Origin: Candidatus Moraniibacteriota bacterium
GTDB lineage: Bacteria; Patescibacteriota; Minisyncoccia; Moranbacterales; GWC2-37-73
Length of the DNA: 64,000 bases
Reading direction: 5' to 3'
Assembly: GCA_013336225.1 (NCBI GenBank)
Contig: JAAXUC010000003.1
Span: 9,564 to 73,563 of the forward strand
The notes beneath the pieces were generated by a model. It was not told where the DNA came from. It saw only the letters and a list, made by a program, of their open reading frames with translations, and ran no database searches. The position numbers were made by a program, and so were the translations under genes. Within the stretch, counting starts at the first letter, position 1; each line of letters starts with the position of its first letter. This document shows positions 1 to 9,400 of this stretch, piece by piece.

Positions 1-1813
1 TTTCAAGACAGTGGATGCTGCCGATGGCAATTCAGCTTTGGCCACCACGGCAGAAGTCAATGTTTATGATGATGCAGGTCTTACAAATTTAATTAAAACC
101 GCGAATGATACTTTAAGTGTCACGCATGCAGTCAATGTCGCTGGTCTGGAAGAAAACAAAACCTATTACCTCAAAATTACAGCCACCGACAGCTCTGTCG
201 AATCCAATCCCAACAGATCTGAAACTGTGCAATATTTGAGCACGGTGCCTGAGAAATATATTTTCACCACGGCTGGAGTTTTGTCTAGCATCACCAACAT
301 CAAGGAAGCCATCATTACAGGTGACAAAGCGGTCATTACCTTCAACACCAATCAAAACGCCAAATGTTTGATTGACTCTAAAGACAGTCTTTCTTCGGTG
401 TATAACAATCTGGCTGACAATCTGGAAACTGGCTTTTTCACCAATCACTCCATCACTCTCAACAATCTGATTGAAAAAACTGCCTATGATTACAAAATCA
501 CTTGTGTGGATGACGGCACTGCTAGCATCATGTCAGATGAACATCATTTCACCACTCAAGAAAAAGGATTAACTCAAGGAGAGATGGATGCTATGTCTGA
601 CAACACCGCCCCAGTGATTAGCAGTGTTTCTTTGGACAAGGTGACAGGAGAAAGTGCCACCATCACTTGGAACACGGATGAGGTGGCCAATAGTTTGGTT
701 GCCTATGAAACAGAGGGAGCTTCCTATACCTTAATGTCTGGGGATTACACAGTGAACGCAGATGTTACAAAATACAGCACAGCGCACAGTGTTATTATTA
801 ATGGAATTATTCCAGCTTCCAAATATACTTTCTCTGTAATTTCAACAGATGTTTCTGGCAATATTGCGCAGTCTGCAGAGGCTGGGTTCACCTCCAAAGA
901 GCCATCCTCGCTTTCTTCGATTAAAGTGCTTTCCAAAGCACTTGGACAAGCCACGGTTACTTGGACAACTGGACAAGCAACCTCATCTTTGGTGGAATAT
1001 GGGCTTTCCATGGCGTATGGTCAAACCAAGCAAGACAATTCCAAGGTCAAGGAGCATTCCATTTTGCTTTCAGATCTGACTCCAGGCGAAACATATCATT
1101 TCCGAGTGAAAGGAGAAGATGAACAGAAAAATGTTTTTGCTTCCTCCGACATCACTTTCCAACCAAAAGCTCCGCCAAAAATTTCAGATTTCAAAATTGA
1201 TGAAATTACGGAACATGGTGCAACTGTGAAATTCAATACTAATGTTTCAACTGATGCACTTGTTTCCTTTACCAACACTGATGATGATAAGGATGCAGGC
1301 GTGCAAGGACGACCAGATTATGTTTCCAAACATGAAATCAAGCTTGCGGGACTCACTTCTGGTGCAAGCTTCTCAGTCAAATTGAAAGTTCGCGATGAAG
1401 ATGGCAATGAAACGGAAGAAACATTTGCCAATTTCACCACCACCAAAGACGAGAATCCTCCAGTGATCGATCGCGTCAAAACTGATGCAGCCTTGACTCA
1501 AACTGACAAAGTTCAAGCCATCATCTCTTGGACCACTGATGAAATGTCCACCGGAGAAGTGATTTACAAGGAAGGCAAGACAGGAGACGAAAAGAAATTT
1601 GAAGTGAACAGTTCTCCAAGCTTCTCGCATATTGGAGTCATCACCAGTTTCAAAGCTGGAGTGGTATATTACTTCAAAGTCAAATCAATCGATCAAGCTG
1701 GCAACGTTGCCAATTCAACTGACTACGCAGTGCTCACTCCCAAGAAAAGACAAAACATCATTCAGGTCATCATTGGAAACTTCACCGACATCTTCGGTTG
1801 GGCGAAATTCTAA
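1..1813 (+). CDS. C-terminal 600 aa of a giant Ig/Fn3-like surface protein (5'-truncated by window start); paralog of the 2581-aa protein
   Basis: The ORF at 11..1813 is open to the window edge. It has repeated Ig/Fn3-like modules (…GNVANSTDYAVLTP…). Its last ~120 aa are identical, and its last ~370 nt ~95% identical, to the 3' end of the CDS 3440..11185. Confidence 0.75.
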   Translation, partial: FKTVDAADGNSALATTAEVNVYDDAGLTNLIKTANDTLSVTHAVNVAGLEENKTYYLKITATDSSVESNPNRSETVQYLSTVPEKYIFTTAGVLSSITNIKEAIITGDKAVITFNTNQNAKCLIDSKDSLSSVYNNLADNLETGFFTNHSITLNNLIEKTAYDYKITCVDDGTASIMSDEHHFTTQEKGLTQGEMDAMSDNTAPVISSVSLDKVTGESATITWNTDEVANSLVAYETEGASYTLMSGDYTVNADVTKYSTAHSVIINGIIPASKYTFSVISTDVSGNIAQSAEAGFTSKEPSSLSSIKVLSKALGQATVTWTTGQATSSLVEYGLSMAYGQTKQDNSKVKEHSILLSDLTPGETYHFRVKGEDEQKNVFASSDITFQPKAPPKISDFKIDEITEHGATVKFNTNVSTDALVSFTNTDDDKDAGVQGRPDYVSKHEIKLAGLTSGASFSVKLKVRDEDGNETEETFANFTTTKDENPPVIDRVKTDAALTQTDKVQAIISWTTDEMSTGEVIYKEGKTGDEKKFEVNSSPSFSHIGVITSFKAGVVYYFKVKSIDQAGNVANSTDYAVLTPKKRQNIIQVIIGNFTDIFGWAKF

Positions 1814-2084
1814 AATTTCGTCCAAACGAAAGGAAAGGGGTCGGGAAAACCTGGGTTTTCCCGTTGCGGAAGTTCTGAAACCGCTGGGTTTCAGGGAGCG
1901 AAGCGACTTGGATGCGGCTAAGTTTTAGAACTTAGACCAGACAAATCAAAGGGGGTCGGGGAAAAGAATTTTCCCCGTGGAAGGAAAGTTTTGAAAAACG
2001 TGGGTTTTCAAGGAGTGAAGCGACTTGGTTGCGGCAAATTCTAAAATTTCGTCCAAACGAAAGTAAGGGGGTCGGGAAAGAATT
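1808..2084. repeat. Tandem ~115-bp hairpin-rich repeat (2.3 copies) directly after the stop of giant gene 1; a related copy at 11186..11340
   Basis: The units begin ...aatttcgtccaaacgaaagg..ggggtcgggg... Each has two short GC hairpins (gggaaaacctgggttttccc, gaaaccgctgggtttc). The unit ends (cgacttggttgcggcaaattctaa / ...ggctaagttttag) mimic the gene's last codons (ttcggttgggcgaaattctaa). Confidence 0.8.
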
Positions 2085-2122
2085 AAAAAACTCACTCAAA
2101 TAAAATTGAGTGAGTTTTTATA
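2085..2122 (+). terminator. Rho-independent terminator
   Basis: aaaaaactcactcaaataaaattgagtgagttttta: a 9-bp stem followed by a T-run. Confidence 0.7.
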
Positions 2123-2213
2123 TGTGAATACTTTTTTAAAAAAATATTGTTGGATTACACGCCTTATGGTATAATTTTTATATAAGAATATATTTATTTG
2201 GTATCTGTATATT

Positions 2214-3371
2214 ATGCAAAAAATAAAAAAAATCATTGCAAAAATAAAAAACTGGCTCACCGATCATTATCACATCCTCTTTAAATCAGCGGCAGAAAAT
2301 CATCTGCGCATTCAGGAGTTGGCGAAAAATGCTGACGGAACTTATCAACTCACCGTTAAATTTGGTTCCTATTCTGAACTGAAAAATTATCAAAAGAAAA
2401 TGCGCCGACTGACAGTTTCTCTTTCTTCGGCGATGGCTATGGTCATAGTGGCATTTATTGTGGCACCCTACGTTATGAATCCGAGTCGCTCCAGCGCGGC
2501 TAATTTTTTGTGGAGTCAGAGCAGTTGGAGTGGAACAGCAGCAGCAACTAGCACCACTAATAAAACAACTTGGACAGGTTATGTTTCAAAAGATGTAAAC
2601 ATCAATGCAACTGCGGTCACCACAGCTGATCACACTGCTAACACCTTGTCGCTCACTCTACCGACAGCGGCAACCACGGGCGAAGCCAAAGTGATTGATG
2701 TAGGGCATGATTCCACTTTTGCTGCCAATCTGGCGGCCAATCCTAATGCAGGTTTTTATACAGATGCAAGTGGTAATTTGACATTAAAACGTCTTGATGG
2801 GGCAAATTGCACCAACGCAGATCAATGCGTAAGTGCCTTTTGTAGTAGTATTGGTAATGTGTGTGGACATGTTACAATTGTTTGGCTGACAACCACAACT
2901 ACAAGTGGTGCCCTTGGAGGGCGTAGTGGTGCTGATGCAATTTGTGCGGCTGACGCAGGCAGGCCAGATGCAACAAACATAAAGGCATTTTTGAGCGCCA
3001 GTCCTACTGACACGATTGCGAGCATGGCAGGCACATCTTATCCTGCCGCCACGCCGATTTTCTGGTATAAAAAAACGCCTGTGACATTTACTTTGCTAGC
3101 CAATAACTGGGCAGATATGTTAGATGGAAGCATAATAAATGCTGGTTCTGCAACAGGGTTTATTAGCTCTTATATATACTCATTTTCCACGTCGACTGGT
3201 ACTCTCGCGGGATCGATTTGTGGAACTTACAATTGTTCGTGTGGAACTGCAAGCGCTGGTAACGGTTATACTTTTAATAATGCAAATACGGACGCTTCTT
3301 GGATAGCAACTATTAAAACTAATTCTTGTGTTCAAACCAGTAGTAAGATAATGTGCATCGGCACCTTTTAA
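2214..3371 (+). CDS. Hypothetical membrane-anchored secreted protein, Thr/Ala-rich with a Cys-rich C-terminal half
   Basis: 385-aa ORF with one N-proximal TM segment (LSSAMAMVIVAFIVAPYV), then a T/A/S-rich region and many Cys (NCTNADQCVSAFCSS…GADAICAADAG). I recognise no family. Confidence 0.5.
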   Translation: MQKIKKIIAKIKNWLTDHYHILFKSAAENHLRIQELAKNADGTYQLTVKFGSYSELKNYQKKMRRLTVSLSSAMAMVIVAFIVAPYVMNPSRSSAANFLWSQSSWSGTAAATSTTNKTTWTGYVSKDVNINATAVTTADHTANTLSLTLPTAATTGEAKVIDVGHDSTFAANLAANPNAGFYTDASGNLTLKRLDGANCTNADQCVSAFCSSIGNVCGHVTIVWLTTTTTSGALGGRSGADAICAADAGRPDATNIKAFLSASPTDTIASMAGTSYPAATPIFWYKKTPVTFTLLANNWADMLDGSIINAGSATGFISSYIYSFSTSTGTLAGSICGTYNCSCGTASAGNGYTFNNANTDASWIATIKTNSCVQTSSKIMCIGTF

Positions 3372-3439
3372 TTTCAGGATAATCCAGATAGTGATGAATT
3401 TAAAGAGTAATTTCCAGTGTAATTAGGAAAAATAAAAAA

Positions 3440-6400
3440 ATGAACAAAGTAAAAATGAAAAAAATAGCAAAACAAGAATTTGACAGCGTGAAAAAAAAAC
3501 TCTTTTCACTTGGTATTATTTCCATCCTTGTTTTTTTATTGTGCGCAAATATGTCAAGCGCTGCAGTAAACAGTGCAACCTATGACAGTGCCATCAAAAG
3601 CTTTGCTGGCGTGCCGAGCCCGACATATGAAACAATGAGCTGGGTATCATCTGATGGTAGACAAGGTGACTTGCTCGCTGGAGTTAATCTTATTATTAGT
3701 GGACTATCTCCAACCACAATGACTCCCTATGGAGTTGCTGTTGATTCTATTAATAATCTATATGTTGTAGATTATGGTAATAATCGCATCCTAAAGCGTA
3801 GCGAGGATGGCACAACCTGGACAAACATAACTATCAGTGGTTTGGCTCTAAATTCCTTTAACTCTCCGTTTGCGGTTGCAACAGACTCAGTTGATAATTT
3901 ATATGTTTCTGACTCTGGCAACAATAGAATTTTAAAGCGTAGTGCGGATGGCACAACCTGGACGGAGATAACGATTAGTGGACTCACTCCAAGTACATTT
4001 AGCAATCCTAATGGTACTGCCTTAGATTCCATTGGCAATTTATATGTTTCTGATTCTGGCAACAATAGAATTTTAAAGCGCAGTGCGGATGGAACAACTT
4101 GGACAGACATAGTAATTAGTGGACTTACTCCAAGTACCTTCAGTAACCCTCGAGACGTTAAAATTGATTCTTCTGGCGTTTTGTATGTTGCTGACACAAC
4201 AAATAATCGCATTTTAAGACGTAGCGCAGACGGCACAACCTGGACAAATATAACTATCAGTGGACTTACTCCAAGTACATTTAATTTGCCTTATAGGGTT
4301 ACAGTTGATTCATCTGATAATTTGTATGTTTCTGACCTTAACAATAATAGAATCTTGAAGCGTAGCGCGGACGGCGCAACGTGGACCAAGATAACTATTA
4401 CCGAATTAACACCGGGCACATTTAGTCAGCCCGTAGGATTGGCGATTGATCGAAAAGGAGCTTTATATGTTGGTGATTATGGCAATGGGCGAGTGATAAA
4501 ACTTTATTCTGGAACCTCCATTACAATGCGAGTGCGAACTGGTAATGCAACCATGTCAAATGCGGCTGCTTGGTCAAGTTCTTGTGATGTTGCTTCAAGT
4601 GGGGCAAATATAGGAATTGAAAATCCCTGTGTGCGCAGTGGCGATCAATATGTGCAATACCAAGCAATTTTAAGTACAGACGTTGGCATAAATACACCAT
4701 CTCTCTCTAGTGTTACTATTGCAACACAAACGACGTATGCACAATCCTTTCTCAATCTGATTTCTTCACCTTTTAATACTGGAAATGCAAACAATTCAGT
4801 GCAAAAAATCACCTGGAGCGCCAGCAATGATGCGGGCAGTGACCCTGCTCAAGGCACGGTGCAGTTTCAGCTCAGAACTTCGCCTGACAATGTGACCTGG
4901 GGACAATGGTGCGGTCCAACTGCTTGCGATGCAGCTCCTGGGGGAGGAGTCAGTGATTTTTACACAGACAAAGCTGGCGCAACTGCGATCAATGTAGCTC
5001 AAAAAGATTCCAATGGGGATCAATGGATTCAATATGCCACATTTTTAAAGTCAAACGATGGAACCACCACCCCAACACTTTCTAATGTCACTATGCAATA
5101 TGCCTACAATGTACCGCCGGCAATCACGATTGATTCAAATCCTGCCAATCTGAAACAAACTTCAACTGGAACTTTTCAAGTGCCATATACCCTTAGTGAA
5201 ACATATGATGATCTTGGAGTTATTGCACACGGCACGGCAGCAGCTCCTATTAAAGCTTTGCTTTTCTATCAACCAAAAAATGATGTGACTTTAAATGGAG
5301 CAACTCCTTCTGGTCAATCCACAACTGCCGTGACAAAGATTTGGGGAGTGGGTGGAACTGACGGCAACACAGCTGCTGGAAATTACACTTTTACTGTACC
5401 TGCGGGAGTTACTAATATTCGCGACATCGAACTCGCTGGAGGCGGTGGTGGTAGTGGTGCTTGCGTAAGCAGTGTTCTTGGCGGTGATGGTGGAGCAAGT
5501 ACGCTGACTTATGCCAGCTTATCAAGAGGAGTTGCTAGTGGAGGTACGGGTTCAGGTTATGATGGTTCTGTGGATGCTTGCACTACTGGCAACGATAGTA
5601 CAGCTACGAATATTATTGGAGGAGTCAACACTGCTGGAGCTGGCGCTAATGGTAGCACCCTTGGTGGAGGAAAAGGAGGATTAATTTCTGGTGGAAGCCT
5701 CGCTGTTACTCCTGGAAGTCAAGTTAATTTGATTGTTGGGGCTGGAGGAATTGCTGCAACTGGTGGCACGGCTGGCAACATGGGTTGGATTAAAATCACC
5801 TACGATGTCACTTCTGAAGGCGCACAAACAACTGGACTTGTTTCAATCAATAATCCAAGTAATGTGCCAATTCCTAGCACTGGCTCAATGCTGATTGACA
5901 ATGAGCTCATGACTTTTGATTCAGTTGGCGCAACCGGCAATCAGCGAAACATCACCGGCCGAGCTGCAACTTTTGCAACCTCGTATTCAACTACTGCAGT
6001 TTCTCATACTACTAGTAGCCCTATCTTTTTTGCAACTTCTGCCTCAATTCAAACAATCGACACTTTGATTGAAACTGACACACCTGGAGCGCAAGCCACA
6101 ATCAATAACACTTTCATTTGGGATCCACGTGCTGATGCCACCAATAATCTCAGTGGCAATAAGCTTGATGGTGCATTGTTTAAAGTGGTGGCCAATGACG
6201 CAGATGCAAGCAATTTCAACACCATTGGGCAAAGCGCAACAACTGGCGCACAGACTATTGATCTCCAAGCTCCAACCATCACCTCCATCACCACTGATGA
6301 AGCTCACACTGCCACGGGAGCAAACATTTTGTATCTCAACAAAAATTCTGCTCAGATTCCACTGACAGTAAATTTCTCAGAAAACATCAGTTTTGATGCC

Positions 6401-9400
6401 ACTGGCGGCAAAACCATTACCCTGACTCTAAATTCAGGCACTTGCACGATTGCAGAATCTATTTTAAATAGCAATGTGGCCACTTGTCAGTATGCAATCG
6501 GCGCAGATGAAGAAACTCCGGTTGGGGAAAAATTGAAACTCGCAGCTCCATTTGTTGCTGCCAGCACTGCCATCACAGATGGTTTTGCCAATACTCTGAC
6601 CAATTTCACTCCAGCCGCCAATCTGGACGCTGCTACCAATATTGTCATTGATAATATTGCTCCAACTGCCAATGACTTGACTGACATCATCACTAAAGAC
6701 CAATTCACTTCAGCCAATCTTAATGCTCAAGATTCAGACGGTTCAGGCATCGCCAGTTACGCTTGGTCAAAAGTTTCCGGACCTGGCACTATCACTTTTG
6801 GTTCAAGCACTGCCAGTGAAACAACGATCAGTGCCAACACAGATGGGCCATATGTTTTGCAAGTTGTCATCACTGACAACTCAGGCAATGCCATCACTAA
6901 AACTCTAAACTTGATTTGGGATACAACCAATCCGGCTAACATTTCCAAACCAAATGTGCCAAGTCTGACCAATGACAACACTCCCAACATCACTTGGGAT
7001 CAATTCACTGACGCCAATGGCCTTGAAAAATATGAGGTGCAAAGAAAGACTGACACAGTGGGTGACAATTTTGCCACCATCCAAACAATCACTGATACCG
7101 CCACACTGGAAACTGCCAACCCAACCTTCACTGAAAGCACACTGGCTGATGATACATATTTCTATCAAATCATCGCCACTGACAAAGCTGGCAATGTCCA
7201 GACAAGTCCAGCTTCAGATGCCATGACGGTGGACACGATTGCTCCAACCCTTTTGTATTTCTATTCAACCTCTCCTGACTCAACCGTGCTGGACCCAACC
7301 GCTTCAGGCAACATCAATTTAGTGGCTGTCTATGACGAAGCAGTGAACACCGGAAATGTGCAGGTGAGAGTGGGACCAATGAGCGCCACAGTTAATGTCA
7401 CTTTGGATCAAGTTCTGGAAACAACCAAACTGCAAGGTAGCTTTACTATTGGTGCTCCAAGAACAGGCTATGACACCACACCTGATCCGCTTAAGATTGA
7501 ACAAATCTTGGCGCAATCAGTGAGCGATCAAGCTGGTAATGTCCAAGCTCAAACTCTGGCTACAATTGAAGACAATATGAACTTGGTAGCGCGCGGAAAT
7601 TCAATCATCATTGACACCACCCCGCCGATTCTCAACAGCTTCACCATTGAAAACAACAGTGTCACTGCTTTCAAACAACAAAACAATGCTTTCACTTTGG
7701 TGGCCAATTACAACAAAACTATTCAAGCAGGTGGCAACTTGAAAGTGAAACTCAACACTGGCTCAAGCTCACCTGAAATCACTTTGACCAACTCTGCGGC
7801 CGGCAAAAAACTGACAGCTTCCTACAGCGTCCAGGCAGATGAAAATGCCAATGACTTGAAAGTGGAAGCTGTGCTGGAACAAAATGTGCTGGATGGCAAA
7901 GGAGCTCCTGCAAACTACATTGGAAATATTTTGGATGGAACGTATGCAGCTAATGCTGGAGACCCAGTGATTAATCTTGCCGGTTTCCAAGTTGACACTG
8001 CTGCTCCGACATTGGGCGCAACGCCAATTGCGATTCAAAACAGCAATGGTAAAACCAGTGATTCAACTCCAACCATCACTTTAAGCGCCACTGATAACTT
8101 CAATCTTTCCAAAGCCATATTCTCACTCAATAGTGGAACTGCTTGGTGCGCTCCGATTTCATACGGCACTGCAATTAACACTTTTGACATCACCAGCATT
8201 GCTTGCGGGGGAAGTGCGACTAATGGCATTAAAACTGTGACTGTTAAATTTGTTGATGCGGCTGGCAATGAAAGTGCAGCTTCCGCTGCCAGTGTGGAAT
8301 TTGATGATTCCAAACCGCAACTGCAAACCATCACCACCGATACAATCACTGGAATTTATGGCCCAGGCACTGTCATCAAAATCATTGCCACTTACGATGA
8401 AGCAATTACTAGTGGAAGTCTCAGTTTGATTTTGAACAATGGAAAACAATTGAATCTGAGCACCATTGAAAATGGTAATACACTCACAGCAACCTACACA
8501 GTTGGAGATTTGCTTGAAGACACCAATAAATTGAAAGTGGCAACCATTGTTTCGCAAAGCGTTGCTGACACTTCTGAACCTGTTAATACCCAGGATTCAA
8601 CCAGTCTTGCCGGCATCACTGAGAATCTGGACACCAACAAGACAGTTGAGATTGACACCACTGCTCCAGCGGCAACAGTGACCGTTGACCGCTCCAAAGA
8701 TAACAATCAAATTCATCTTGATGCCACTGACAAAAACTCTGCCAACATGCAAGCTGAGATTTTAGTGTTGGAGTCAGAAACAGGAACTTGCAGCTTCACC
8801 AATAACTGGATTTCCTATGCTGACAATGTGGACACAACTTTGATTGAAAATACTGCCAGCTCCAGAAAAGTTTGTGCTCGCTTCAAAGATGAGTTGGGCA
8901 ATGTTTCAAATGAAATTGCAGTTATCATTCCCGAAACTCCAAGTGGAGTTCAAATCGATGACATTTCCAACAGTGAAATTCCATTTTATGGTTCCATGCT
9001 GACTTGGTCCATTCCAACCATCAAAGGAACCAACAATGGATCTGGCGATGCTTTTGCTCAATATGAAATCGCCAAATGTGGTCCAAGTGAAAGTGAAGAA
9101 TGCACTCCTGATTTTGCGCAGTTCACCAGCATCACTGACATAAGCAGGAACTACTTTGTCAGTGACAATCTCACTGCCGAAAAATTCTATTGCTATCAGA
9201 TGCGTTTCAAAGACATGCATGGAGACTATTCCAAACTTTCAAAAAACACTTGTTTCCAAGCAGGTCATGCTCCAGCAGTGACTGATTCGCAAGTTTCAAT
9301 CATTTCAGGAAATCCTGATGACATTCAGATTGGAAATGTGACCGAACAAGGTGCAACTGTCTTTTTTCAAACCAAAGATTCTAAATACAACCGCCCAATA

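Noticed and set aside
1632-1928. 98-aa ORF (+) overlapping the end of giant gene 1 and the tandem repeat
   Set aside because: It is translated from repeat DNA. It has no SD and overlaps a well-supported gene. It is almost certainly spurious.
1808-2084. Possible CRISPR array (regular repeats after the giant genes; also 11186..11340)
   Set aside because: The units are ~115 bp and directly abut one another with no unique spacers. There are no cas genes. They are homologous to the 3' end of the adjacent CDS.
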